32,000 nucleotides of DNA from Phnomibacter sp. (GTDB lineage: Bacteria; Bacteroidota; Bacteroidia; Chitinophagales; Chitinophagaceae). The first letter of the stretch is position 1; each line of letters begins with the position of its first letter. The stretch lies in NCBI GenBank assembly GCA_035456005.1, contig DATIEA010000012.1, forward strand, positions 486,643 to 518,642, given 5' to 3'. The position numbers and the translations under genes were made by a program. Shown one piece after another: positions 1 through 9,600 of the stretch. The notes under the pieces are model-generated. The model saw nothing but the letters and a program-made list of their open reading frames with translations, searched no databases and was not told the origin of the DNA.

Positions 1-236
1 TGCAGCATATTCTTCTCCCATGGCTGAATGGTGAGTGTACGGGCATCTACTACCGAAATATTTCCTACCTGGTTTACGGGTGTCGGATTGCCGTAATAAT
101 CCACTACCAGGCCATCCAGCATTTGCGGAGTGGCTTTACCTGCACGAATTTTGGAAAGTTCAACTTCGAGGTGGGCAATGGCCTTCCTCATATACTCTTC
201 TGCATCCTGTAAAACAGCGCCAGTATCTTGAGACAT
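1..236 (-). CDS. frr: ribosome recycling factor, N-terminal part (gene runs off the left edge of the window)
   Basis: This gene is absent from the ORF track because it is open-ended. The reverse complement from the ATG at 236..234 translates to MSQDTGAVLQDAEEYMRKAIAHLEVELSKIRAGKATPQMLDGLVVDYYGNPTPVNQVGNISVVDARTLTIQPWEKNML. This matches the conserved RRF N-terminus (R.G.A.P.LLD...V.YYG..TP..Q...I.V.D.RTL.I.PW.K). Confidence 0.9.
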   Translation of the reverse strand, partial: MSQDTGAVLQDAEEYMRKAIAHLEVELSKIRAGKATPQMLDGLVVDYYGNPTPVNQVGNISVVDARTLTIQPWEKNML

Positions 237-317
237 ATTCACGAAAATTTATTGACCGCAAACCTATAAAAAAGGAGGATTGCTTTCTCAGGAACTATTC
301 TAATAAGTGGCCAATAT

Positions 318-1439
318 TTATTGGGCTGCCTTCTTGGCTGCAACAGGTATAATGGGGATTTCCTGTCTTTCGTGCTCAATACGGGGAATTTCTTCAATCC
401 TGTTGTGGCTGTGCCGGATATAATAAATAACCGCCCCAATGATCGTGAAGCCCATGCCGTTCAGCAAAATGAGGAGCATGGTATTGCCAAGGTCTTGCAT
501 TAAAAAGGCAAAAGCAATAAAACCAATACTAACAGCCGATAAGCTCAAAGTGATTTTAAGATGCGACCAATTCAAATGCAGCAGCACATGGTGTACATGA
601 TTTCTATCGGGTGTAAAAGGAGAAATGCCATTTATTATTCTGAAAGAAAACACCCGAAGGGTATCGAACAATGGCACAAATAATAAAGCGTATCCAATGG
701 CTGCAGGCGAGCTGATAGCAAGTATCGGAGCATTGCCGGCCATTTCTATGAAATGAATGACCAACACGGCATTTACCATACCTATTATTAATGAACCTGT
801 GTCGCCCATAAAAATTCGGGCAGGTGCATAATTAAAAATGAGGAAGGCGGCAATGGCCCCGGCCATAGATGATGCAAGGCAGGCAAAAACCCAGTCTCTG
901 TTGATTGCAAAGTAAGTGGCAAAAATGGCGCAGCTAATAAATGAAAGGCTACCTGCCAATCCGTCGATCCCGTCAATCAGGTTGTACGCATTAATGATGA
1001 CCACGATGGTTAACACCGACAATAACTGTGATGCCACCATGGGTAATTCGTTGATGCCGAAAATACCACCCATAGAAGTAATGGCTATTCCTCCTTTGTA
1101 CACGAGTAAGGCAGCCGCAATTATTTGACCCAGGAATTTTTTTATGGGAGCAAGGTTTACAAGGTCGTCTTTGAGCCCCACAAAAAACATGATGAGGGTG
1201 GCAGCCACAAAGTATTGCAACGAATACCTATTGCCAATAAAAGCCACGCATAATAAGAAAGCGATAATGAACCCCGCATAAATGCCCACACCGCCAAGTG
1301 ATGGAACCGGGTTAATATGCACTTTGCGTTCGCCGGGAAAATCGAAAATGCCCTTTATTTTGGAAACATGAATAATAGCCGGTAGTGCATAAAAGCTAAT
1401 GCCAAATGCAAGAGCCGTACTCATAAGCAATTCTATCAT
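318..1439 (-). CDS. glycosyltransferase family 4 (MraY/WecA-like) undecaprenyl-phosphate sugar-1-phosphate transferase
   Basis: The protein is polytopic and carries the family motifs NAYNLIDGIDGLAG and IFMGDTGSLIIG. The ORF-track start at 1463 is TTG. I chose the first in-frame ATG at 1439 (MIELLMSTALAFGISF...), so the start is uncertain by 8 codons. Confidence 0.88.
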   Translation of the reverse strand: MIELLMSTALAFGISFYALPAIIHVSKIKGIFDFPGERKVHINPVPSLGGVGIYAGFIIAFLLCVAFIGNRYSLQYFVAATLIMFFVGLKDDLVNLAPIKKFLGQIIAAALLVYKGGIAITSMGGIFGINELPMVASQLLSVLTIVVIINAYNLIDGIDGLAGSLSFISCAIFATYFAINRDWVFACLASSMAGAIAAFLIFNYAPARIFMGDTGSLIIGMVNAVLVIHFIEMAGNAPILAISSPAAIGYALLFVPLFDTLRVFSFRIINGISPFTPDRNHVHHVLLHLNWSHLKITLSLSAVSIGFIAFAFLMQDLGNTMLLILLNGMGFTIIGAVIYYIRHSHNRIEEIPRIEHERQEIPIIPVAAKKAAQ

Positions 1440-1786
1440 ATTGGCTTGTTTCTGGTTGTACAACTATTCATTTCCCTCGCAGCCAGCCATGCGGCGCCCG
1501 TTGTGTCAACAGGTGCAAGGTAAACAATAGCGGCACTAAAAGCTTTGCATTCTAAATAATTAATTCTTCAACGCAGGATTTCGTCCCGAATTCCCCTTTT
1601 GTCCAGCCACAACTGTAAGATCTACATCGGCTATTTCCTGCCGGGGACAATAGTTTTTCCGATTGATACATTCACTACGAAGAACAGGTAATACAAAATT
1701 TAGCTGCAAAAAGCTTCCTGGTCATTTAATGGGTGATATGCAATCTTACTGTTTTTATGCCAAGCAGCAAGCAGGTTTTTCATTTT

Positions 1787-3004
1787 TTACCGCAGCGACA
1801 GCATTACCCTACTGGCCCTTCGGGCTGGTAACCAGCCTGCAAACACAGAAATAATGAACAATAACAATAGTATGTAGAGAAAGTCCTGCCAGCGCATGGC
1901 CACCGGGAAATAGTCGATAATAAAACTTTGACCACCCAGCTTTACCCAGTGAAAATGCTGCTGCCCAAGACAAATGGCTACCCCCAGCACAAAGCCGATA
2001 ATGCCGCCTACTCCTGCCAGTATACATCCCAGTTTTAAGTAAATGCGGGCAATAGATGTAGTATGCGCACCCATTGCCTGCAAAACTGTAATATCCCTTT
2101 CCTTTTCGAGTACAGTTACACTAAGGCTACTGATAATATTAAAAGCTGCAATGAGTAAAATGAGAAATGCCACGCCGAAAATGATAAGTTTCTCCACCTG
2201 CATGGCCGCAAACAACGACTGGTTTTGTTGATATCTCGTTTTCACTTCAAAGCCCTGTCCCAGTTTTTTTCGAAGCGATGAAGCCACAGCATCCGCATCG
2301 GCACCCGGAGCCAGGCTCAGTTCTACTGCACTCGACTGGCCGGGTTTGAGGTCGAGCATATACTGCATAAAAGCAAGATCGGTAAATGCATATTGGTTAT
2401 CGAACTCCTGCTGAATAGCAAAACTCCCTGCTGCGAAAGCGTTGGCCGAATGCATAGCAGTAAGTGGATCGGCATCAATAGCCACTCCCCGGTTGGGCAG
2501 GTAAATGGTAACCGGCCCCATTGTTTGCCCCGCTACAATTTGCAATGCATTTTCTACCCCATTGCCCAATACCAACGATGGATGTTCGGCATTGCCCAAT
2601 TGGTATGTGCCCCGAACAATATGATTTGGCACACCACTGTAAGATGCATAGGTGTTGCTTACACCTTTCAACCAAACAATGCTTTTATCTTCTTCCTGTA
2701 ATAGGATGGCCCGCTCTTCCACCACAGGTTCGGCGCTGCGAACACCGCTTACGCCTTTTACTTTTTGCAAATAACCCGCATTCGCATCCATCCATTTACT
2801 ACTGGCGCTGGTGATACGTATATCGCTGTAAAAATCGGAATACAGTTGTTGTACCAGGTCTTCAAACCCATTGAACACGCTGAGCACCACAATAAGCGCA
2901 GCCGTAACAACCGCTACCGCAGCCACACTTATCCAGCTGATGATATTGATGGCATTGGCAGATTTTTTGCTTCGGAAATACCGCCAGGCAAATAAAGATG
3001 TCAA
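1787..3004 (-). CDS. FtsX-type ABC transporter permease, LolC/LolE family
   Basis: The architecture is an N-terminal TM segment (INIISWISVAAVAVVTAALIVVLSVFNGF), a large extracytoplasmic loop and a C-terminal 3-TM FtsX domain (ITVLQAMGA motif). The start codon is TTG at 3004, and there is no in-frame ATG near the conserved N-terminus. Confidence 0.85.
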   Translation of the reverse strand: MTSLFAWRYFRSKKSANAINIISWISVAAVAVVTAALIVVLSVFNGFEDLVQQLYSDFYSDIRITSASSKWMDANAGYLQKVKGVSGVRSAEPVVEERAILLQEEDKSIVWLKGVSNTYASYSGVPNHIVRGTYQLGNAEHPSLVLGNGVENALQIVAGQTMGPVTIYLPNRGVAIDADPLTAMHSANAFAAGSFAIQQEFDNQYAFTDLAFMQYMLDLKPGQSSAVELSLAPGADADAVASSLRKKLGQGFEVKTRYQQNQSLFAAMQVEKLIIFGVAFLILLIAAFNIISSLSVTVLEKERDITVLQAMGAHTTSIARIYLKLGCILAGVGGIIGFVLGVAICLGQQHFHWVKLGGQSFIIDYFPVAMRWQDFLYILLLLFIISVFAGWLPARRASRVMLSLR

Positions 3005-3042
3005 CGGGTTGAAAATTTTAATGAGAGGGATTTCGCTGCTTA

Positions 3043-3450
3043 CTAAGGAGTAGCATTTTCATCAGCTGCAGGTTCGGCGCTATTGGCTTTGCCTGCATCG
3101 TTTTTATGAATGGTATTGAATATCTCTTCCATTTTAAAAACATAGTCCAGCGTATCGTCGATAAAAAATTGCAGTTCAGGCATGCGGCGCAATTGCTTAC
3201 CCACCCTTGCTGCCAGTTCACGTTTTATTTCCCAGCTTCTGTCAATCACTTTTTTCAGCATGGCCTGTGTATCCTCGATCTTGAAAAAGCTGAGGTATAT
3301 TCTTACTTCCAGCAAGTCGGGTGTCACTTTCACCGATGCAATTGAAATCATCCCGTTTTGAATCACGTTCAATCCCAGCCTTCTGAAAATATCATTCAGC
3401 TCTTCGTTCAGCAAAGCAGCTACCTGCTTTTGTCGTTTAGTCTCCTCCAT
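3043..3450 (-). CDS. rbfA: ribosome-binding factor A
   Basis: This 135-aa protein contains KRQKQVAALLNEELNDIF...VKVTPDLLEVRIYLSF...LRRMPELQFFIDDT, the typical RbfA pattern. It has a short acidic/Ala-rich C-terminal tail. Confidence 0.9.
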   Translation of the reverse strand: MEETKRQKQVAALLNEELNDIFRRLGLNVIQNGMISIASVKVTPDLLEVRIYLSFFKIEDTQAMLKKVIDRSWEIKRELAARVGKQLRRMPELQFFIDDTLDYVFKMEEIFNTIHKNDAGKANSAEPAADENATP

Positions 3451-3559
3451 AATCCTTTCCTTTTACTCAAATTATAACACAGCTTCACCAGTTTGGCTTA
3501 GGCTGAGCACATGTAAAAGTAGTTACTTTGCCGCCACTATTCATTTTACCCCTACAAGA

Positions 3560-5377
3560 ATGAAACGATACGCAAGGGTTTTCTCATTGGTTTCACCCTA
3601 TAAAGGCAAGATTGGAGCATACAGCATTTTCATACTGCTGAGTACGGTGTTTTCCATCCTTTCCATTGGCATGCTCATGCCATTTTTGCAACTCATTTTT
3701 ATAGGCAATTCTCCCACTCTCAATGCCGCCAAACAAACCAGTGCCGGCGATATTACCGAAATGGTGCAACTATGGATCAGTACTTATGCATCGACCCATT
3801 CGTCCATGCAATTGTTGTTGTTGATCTGTGCGCTGATGCTTACAGCCATCATTCTCAAAAACCTTTTTTTGTACCTCGCCATATACATCCTCAACCCACT
3901 CAAAAACAAAGTGGTGACGGAACTAAGGGCGCAGATGTATCATAAAATTCTGGAACTGCCCATTGGCTATTTTACGGAAAAAAGAAAGGGCGACCTGATG
4001 AGCCGCATCACCAACGATATTGGTGAAGTGGAAGGCAGCGTGGTAGGTACACTCGAAGGTTGGATAAGAGATCCATTGCAAATAATGCTCAATTTAGGCA
4101 TGCTCATTTGGATCAGTCCAAGGCTTACTTTTTTCCTGCTCATTATGCTACCGGGCGTGGGATTTGTAATTGGCCGTGTAAGCAGAAGTTTGAAGAAACA
4201 GAGTCTTGCTGCAGCACAAAAACAAGGTGAAACAGTATCCATACTCGACGAAACACTTTCGGGCCTCCGCGTAATTAAAGCCTTTACAGCCGAGGCTTTG
4301 CTTAGCAAAAAATTTCTGCAGGTCAATAACGATTTGTTGCACACCAAAAACAAGATCGGCTACCGCCGCGACCTCGCTTCACCCATGAGTGAAACACTGG
4401 GCATTTTCGTTTTTTGCGGAGTATTGCTTTACGGCGGTTCGCTGGTACTCAACCAGGATATTGGTTTGAAAGGTGCCGCCTTTATTACCTATCTCGGTTT
4501 ATTCTACAATATTATCAACCCTGCAAAAGCACTTTCTACATCGTTCTACAATATGCAGAAAGGCAGTGCTGCCATAGGACGTATTGAAGAAGTATTGAAT
4601 GCAGAGCTGGTGATCAAAGAAGCGGCTAATCCCATTCAACTGCAATCTTTTAATCATTCCATTGAGTTCAAGAATGTAAGCTTTCAATACGATGATGTTC
4701 AAATCCTAAAGAACATCAACCTTACCATTAAAAAAGGAACTACCGTAGCGTTGGTAGGTAGCAGCGGTGCCGGTAAAAGTACACTCGCCGACCTGGTTCC
4801 CCGCTTTCACGATGTGTCGGGCGGCGAGCTGTTGATAGATGGAAAAAATATTAAGGATTACTCCATTCAAAGTGTACGCAGCCAAATGGGCATAGTAACA
4901 CAGGAGCCCATTTTGTTTAATGATACCGTAGCCGCAAATATTTCGCTGGGCTATGCCGATGCACCTGCTACAGCCATTGAAGCCGCAGCAAAAGTGGCCA
5001 ATGCGCAGCAGTTTATTCAATTGAAAGAAGATGGGTATGCCACCAATGTAGGCGACCGCGGTACCAAGCTGAGTGGCGGCGAACGCCAACGCATTACCAT
5101 AGCCCGTGCTGTGTTGAAAAATCCTCCCATCCTTATTTTGGACGAAGCCACTTCTTCCTTAGATACCGAAAGTGAAAAGCTGGTACAGGATGCCATCAAC
5201 AATATCATGAAAGACCGCACCACTATTGTAATTGCACACAGGCTGAGCACCATTCGCCACGCCGACGAAATTGTGGTATTGCAAAAAGGCACCATTGTAG
5301 AGCGGGGCACACACGACAGCCTGTTGGCACAAGATGGTTTCTATCGCAAGCTGGTAGAAATGCAGGAAGTGAAATAG
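3560..5377 (+). CDS. ABC exporter, fused permease/ATPase (MsbA-like lipid/multidrug exporter family)
   Basis: This 605-aa protein has a 6-TM exporter domain followed by a nucleotide-binding domain. The NBD carries Walker A GSSGAGKST, signature LSGGERQR and Walker B ILILDEATSSLD. Confidence 0.9.
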   Translation: MKRYARVFSLVSPYKGKIGAYSIFILLSTVFSILSIGMLMPFLQLIFIGNSPTLNAAKQTSAGDITEMVQLWISTYASTHSSMQLLLLICALMLTAIILKNLFLYLAIYILNPLKNKVVTELRAQMYHKILELPIGYFTEKRKGDLMSRITNDIGEVEGSVVGTLEGWIRDPLQIMLNLGMLIWISPRLTFFLLIMLPGVGFVIGRVSRSLKKQSLAAAQKQGETVSILDETLSGLRVIKAFTAEALLSKKFLQVNNDLLHTKNKIGYRRDLASPMSETLGIFVFCGVLLYGGSLVLNQDIGLKGAAFITYLGLFYNIINPAKALSTSFYNMQKGSAAIGRIEEVLNAELVIKEAANPIQLQSFNHSIEFKNVSFQYDDVQILKNINLTIKKGTTVALVGSSGAGKSTLADLVPRFHDVSGGELLIDGKNIKDYSIQSVRSQMGIVTQEPILFNDTVAANISLGYADAPATAIEAAAKVANAQQFIQLKEDGYATNVGDRGTKLSGGERQRITIARAVLKNPPILILDEATSSLDTESEKLVQDAINNIMKDRTTIVIAHRLSTIRHADEIVVLQKGTIVERGTHDSLLAQDGFYRKLVEMQEVK

Positions 5378-5426
5378 ATGGCTTCAGTCGGGGCGGCTTT
5401 TAAATTTCGACCTTGCTTATTTTTTC

Positions 5427-5527
5427 GTGAAAGGGCAAAGGTGAAAAGTGAAATTGGAGGTTGATATAAGAAGTGTTTTCCAACTTGTGAACTTTGGAAC
5501 ATGTGAACTTTCAAACTTTTCAATCAT
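5427..5527 (+). repeat. mosaic short-period intergenic repeat, copy A
   Basis: GTGAAAG/GGTGAAA-type heptads occupy 5427-5453. Six in-register octads (CCAACTTG TGAACTTT GGAACATG TGAACTTT CAAACTTT TCAATCAT) occupy 5480-5527. This is the same word family as 27174-27237 and 21858-21920. Confidence 0.7.
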
Positions 5528-5567
5528 AAAAAAAGACCGACGCAAAAAATGCATCGGTCTTTTTTTA
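5528..5567. terminator. bidirectional intrinsic terminator between the convergent ABC exporter and DksA-like genes
   Basis: The sequence is AAAAAAAGACCGACGC-AAAAAAT-GCATCGGTCTTTTTTT. The stem is 10 nt with one mismatch, an A-run lies on one side and a T-run on the other. Confidence 0.75.
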
Positions 5568-5586
5568 TGTGTAATAATATATTGAA

Positions 5587-6657
5587 TTACTTCTTACTCA
5601 TTTTAGCTTCCATGCTCAATGTGGCATGAGGTACGGCACGCAGGCGGGCTTTTTCAATGAGCTTGCCGGTTACGCGGCAAATACCATAGGTTTTGCTTTC
5701 AATCCGGATCAGTGCTTTTTCCAGGTGATCGATGAACTGAATTTGGCGGCTGGCCATTTGGCTCAGTTGTTCACGTTCCATGCTCAGGCTTCCGTCTTCC
5801 ATGGTCATGTAGCGGCTGTCGTCGTTGTCGCCACCCATTTCATCTTTACGGGTAATAAGGCCCTGGAGGTAGGACAATTCTTTTCTTGCCGCTTCCAGCT
5901 TTCGCAATATGAGTTCTTTAAATTCAGCCAGGTCAGAGTCGCTATAGCGCATAATAGGTGTAGATATTACGTGGTCTTCTTTAGGTGTGTCGAGAACAGA
6001 AACCGTGAAATCGGGGTCGTAAGGTACTTTGCCTTTCGCCGAAATTGGCGGCATCTTTACTATTTTCTTTTCCTCTACCACCGGACGTTTCTTTTGTGGC
6101 GGAGGCGGCGTATTTGAACGCATCGGAATTTCTTCCCTTTTAGGAGGTTCCGGTTTTGGAGGACGTGCTTTTTTGGGCTCTTTTGCAGGTTTAGCTGCTT
6201 TAGGAGCCGGTGCAGGTGCAGGAGCCGGTTTTTTAACTGGGGCTGCCGGTTTAGGCTCCGGAGCTGCTGCTACTTTTTTGGGAGCAACGGCTGGTTTGGC
6301 CGGGGCTGCTTCCACTTTTTTAGCAGGCACTGCTGGTTTTGCTGGGGCAGCGGCTTTTTTAGCAGGGGCTGGTGCTTCCACTTTTTTGGCAGGGGCTGCC
6401 GGTTTTACCACTTTGGCAGGTGCAGCTTTCGATTTTGCAACACTGGCTTTGGCAGGCGCAACTTTTGCCGCTGCAGGCTTCGCAGCTGGCGCTTTTTTAG
6501 CAGGGGCTACTACTTTTTTGGCAGGAGCAGCTTTCTTAGCTGGCGCAGGTGCGGCTTTTTTAGCAGGTGCCGGGGCGGCCTTTTTGGCTGGTGCGGCTTT
6601 TTTTGCCGGAGCAGCCTTTTTAGCTGGTGCTTTTGTTACTTTTTTAGTGGTCGGCAT
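5587..6657 (-). CDS. DksA/TraR-family protein (Cys-poor Bacteroidota type) with a ~175-aa Lys/Ala/Pro-rich N-terminal extension
   Basis: The C-terminal ~120 aa match the short DksA-like proteins usually found directly downstream of ileS in Bacteroidota (RYSDSDLAEFKELILRKLEAARKELSYLQ...IESKTYGICRVTGKLIEKARLRAVPHATLSMEAK). The N-terminus is made of PAKKAA-type repeats. The ATG lies 5 nt after the ileS stop codon. An alternative short start (MRYSDSDL, ATG at 5943) cannot be excluded. Confidence 0.65.
   Translation of the reverse strand: MPTTKKVTKAPAKKAAPAKKAAPAKKAAPAPAKKAAPAPAKKAAPAKKVVAPAKKAPAAKPAAAKVAPAKASVAKSKAAPAKVVKPAAPAKKVEAPAPAKKAAAPAKPAVPAKKVEAAPAKPAVAPKKVAAAPEPKPAAPVKKPAPAPAPAPKAAKPAKEPKKARPPKPEPPKREEIPMRSNTPPPPQKKRPVVEEKKIVKMPPISAKGKVPYDPDFTVSVLDTPKEDHVISTPIMRYSDSDLAEFKELILRKLEAARKELSYLQGLITRKDEMGGDNDDSRYMTMEDGSLSMEREQLSQMASRQIQFIDHLEKALIRIESKTYGICRVTGKLIEKARLRAVPHATLSMEAKMSKK
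6130..6657 (-). repeat. in-frame degenerate tandem repeats encoding the AKP-rich tail
   Basis: On the + strand the motif GCNGGNGCNGC(T)5-6 recurs, giving PAKKAA, PAPAKKAA and PAKKVEA(A)PAKPAV units. This low complexity leaves several frames open, for example the shadow ORF 6029..6676 (+). Confidence 0.8.
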
Positions 6658-6662
6658 CGTTT

Positions 6663-9600
6663 TTACGGCTTTTTAGAAACATTGACTTTCAATTGGACAT
6701 CATTCACTTCAATTTCTATGCCTTCAGTCATGGTTGGAACATAAATCAGCGAATCTGCCAAAATTTCCGAACAAATATAGGGTTTGAACCTATCGAAAGA
6801 TTCAGCAATATTTTCAGAGCCTGACCACTGCACCAATATGCGGTCAGTAAGTTCGAACCCGCTCTCTTTTCTGATGTTTTGCAAGCGGTTTACCAGCTCC
6901 CGGGCATCTCCTTCCTGGCGCAGGTCATCGGTGAGGGTAATGTCCAGCGCAACAGTCAAACTGCCTTTGCTGGCCACACTCCAACCCGGTATATCGTCGG
7001 CACTTATTTCTACCTCAGCTAATTGAATATCAATAGATAAGCCATTCGCTTCTACTTGTACCTGGCCATTTTTCTCCAATTCTGCAATCTGGTGCTGGCT
7101 AAAGCCGGACAGGGCAGCGCTTACGGCTTTCATATTGGGGCCCAGCTTTTTGCCCAACAGGGCAAAATTGGCCTTCACCTTTTTATTAATGAACCCTTCT
7201 GTTTCGGTGAGGTATTCAATTTCTTTTACGTTTACCTCGGCTTTCAGCAGGTCTTCTACCTGCTCCACCTGCGCTTTCATAGCAGGGTTCAGTACGGGTA
7301 TCAACACTTTTTGCAAGGGTTGACGCACTTTGATATTCACTTTCTTGCGAAGGCTGAGTACCAGGCTGGTAGCATCCTGCGCCAGTTGCATGCGTTCTTC
7401 CAATGCCAGGTCTATAACCGAAAGATCTGCCTGCGGAAATGCCACATGGTGTACACTCTCCTCTTCGAACCTGCCAGTCACTTCGTTAAGCTGGCGGAAA
7501 ACCGCATCGCTAAAGAAGGGGGAAATAGGTGCCACCAAGCGGGTAAGCGTTTCCAGGCATTCGTATAAGGTTTGGTATGCAGCAATCTTATCCTGCTCAT
7601 ATTCACCTTTCCAGAAACGGCGGCGGCAAAGGCGCACATACCAGTTGCTCAAATGTTCGTCTACGAATTCCTCCATCAGTCGGCCGGCCTGGGTAGGCTC
7701 ATAGTCGTCCATGGCTTCGTTCACCTTTTTTACCAATGTTTGCAGCGACGACAATATCCAACGGTCTATCTCGGGGCGATCGGCCAATGGGATATAGTTT
7801 TCCTTAAAGGCAAACCCATCTACATTGGCATACAAAATGAAAAACTGGTAAGTGTTGTACAGGGTACCAAAAAACTTACGCTGCACTTCCTGGATGCCCG
7901 ACAGGTCAAATTTCAGGTTATCCCATGGACTGGCATTGGTCACCAGGTACCAGCGGGTAGCATCGGCTCCATAGGTTTCAATGGTTTTGAAAGGATCCAC
8001 CACGTTGCCGAGGCGTTTACTCATTTTGTTGCCGTTTTTATCCAGCACCAAACCATTGCTCACTACTGTTTTGTAAGCACGGCCATCTACCTGCGTAGTA
8101 GGCAATCCCGCAGCTTTCAATTCAGCTTCTATATCTTCTTTTATCAGGCTGCCAATGGCATGCAGTGTATAGAACCAACCACGTGTTTGGTCCACCCCTT
8201 CTGCAATAAAATCGGCCGGATAGTTTTTGGCGAATATCTCTTTGTTCTCAAATGGGAAATGCCATTGTGCATAAGGCATGGCACCACTATCGAACCAAAC
8301 GTCAATCAGGTCGGGGACCCGCTTCATGGGCTGGCCCGATGGGCTTTTTAAAATAATATCATCCACCTGTGGCTTGTGCAGGTCAGTCACTTTTTGCACA
8401 GGGCTATCGGCATGTATCATGCCATCCAATTCTGCTATACTGCCAATGCATACTTCTTCGGTGCCATCTTCGGTACGCCAAATAGGAAGTGGGGTTCCCC
8501 AAAAACGGCTGCGGCTCAGGTTCCAGTCCACCATATTTTCGAGCCAGTTACCAAAGCGACCGGTGCCGGTACTTTCAGGTTTCCAGCGGATGGTTTTATT
8601 CAGTTCCACCATGCGGTCTTTCAATGCCGTGGTACGAATGAACCATGCATCGAGTGGGTAGTACAAAATGGGTTTGTCGGTACGCCAGCAGTGCGGGTAG
8701 CTATGCTCGTATTTCTCTACTTTAAATGCACGGTTTTCCAGTTTCAGCTTTACTGAAATATCAACGTTCACATCTACGTAGTCCTTCTCGTCTTTATAAT
8801 TTTTTACATAGCGGCCACTGAACTCGCCCATGCCTTCCACGAATTTTCCTTCGCGGTCCACCATGGTAAGAATACCAATATTGTAGCGCTTACCTACTTT
8901 ATAGTCATCGGCTCCAAAAGCAGGTGAGGTATGCACAATACCGGTACCGTCTTCTGTGGTTACAAAATCGCCACCAATTACCCGGAATGGTTGCGCACCG
9001 GGTGTTAAACGTTCAATTTCTTCCACGCTATTGGCTTCGTAAGGAAGTAACTGCTCGTACTGGCAACGCTCCAGTTGGCTGCCTTTGCAACTGGTCACTA
9101 TTGTCCAGGGCGCACCTTCTTTTACATTTTCGCCGGCAGCAATTTTGGCTTCATAAGCTGCAAAATCGCCGTTTTCGTTTTCAGCTTTCAGGTATTTGTG
9201 TACCAGCTCTTTGGCCAGCACCACATTTACCGGCAGGTGCGTGTAGGGGTTATAAGTTTTTACCAATACATAGTCAATATTGGGCCCAACAGTTAAGCCA
9301 AGGTTGCTGGGTAATGTCCATGGCGTGGTGGTCCATGCCATAAAGAACACTTCGGCACCATGTACGGCATCGTGCAAAAATTTCGACTGCTCATTTTGCA
9401 CCGCCCTGAACATTACAGTGGCACTGGTATCTTTCACATCCTTGTAGGTACCGGGCTGGTTGAGTTCGTGTGAACTCAACCCTGTACCTGCCGCAGGACT
9501 GTATGGCTGAATGCTTACACTTTGGTAAAGCAACCCGCGGTCGTACATTTTGCGCAGCAGCCACCAAAGGCTTTCGATATAATTATTTTGGAAAGTGATA

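Noticed and set aside
35-352. A 105-aa ORF on the + strand at the left edge.
   Set aside because: It lies antisense to the clearly recognisable frr N-terminus (1..236, minus) and to the 3' end of the transferase gene.
1464-1786. Possible SRP RNA, 6S RNA or tRNA in the long gap (words such as CCTGGTCA and AAGCAGCAAGCAGG).
   Set aside because: There is no GGAA-tetraloop helix-8 arrangement, no cloverleaf or GTTCGAATC-type T-arm, and no long closing helix. The resemblance is limited to short words.
6029-6676. A 215-aa ORF on the + strand, Gly/Ala/Phe-rich (GAGAGAGFLTGAAGLGSGAAATFLG...).
   Set aside because: This is a shadow frame of the AKP-repeat coding region on the minus strand. The low-complexity repeat is open in several frames. 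The minus-strand frame continues into a recognisable DksA-like domain and starts 5 nt after ileS.
7572-8351. Long antisense ORFs inside ileS (7572..8351, 259 aa), gyrB (13526..14158), hemL (19195..19785), hemB (19836..20435), hemC/hemA (24278..24868), hemH (26307..26813) and the permease gene (29272..29745).
   Set aside because: The opposite strand carries unambiguous, full-length homologues of well-known enzymes in every case. These ORFs have low-complexity or odd composition and no recognisable motifs, so they are typical shadow ORFs.
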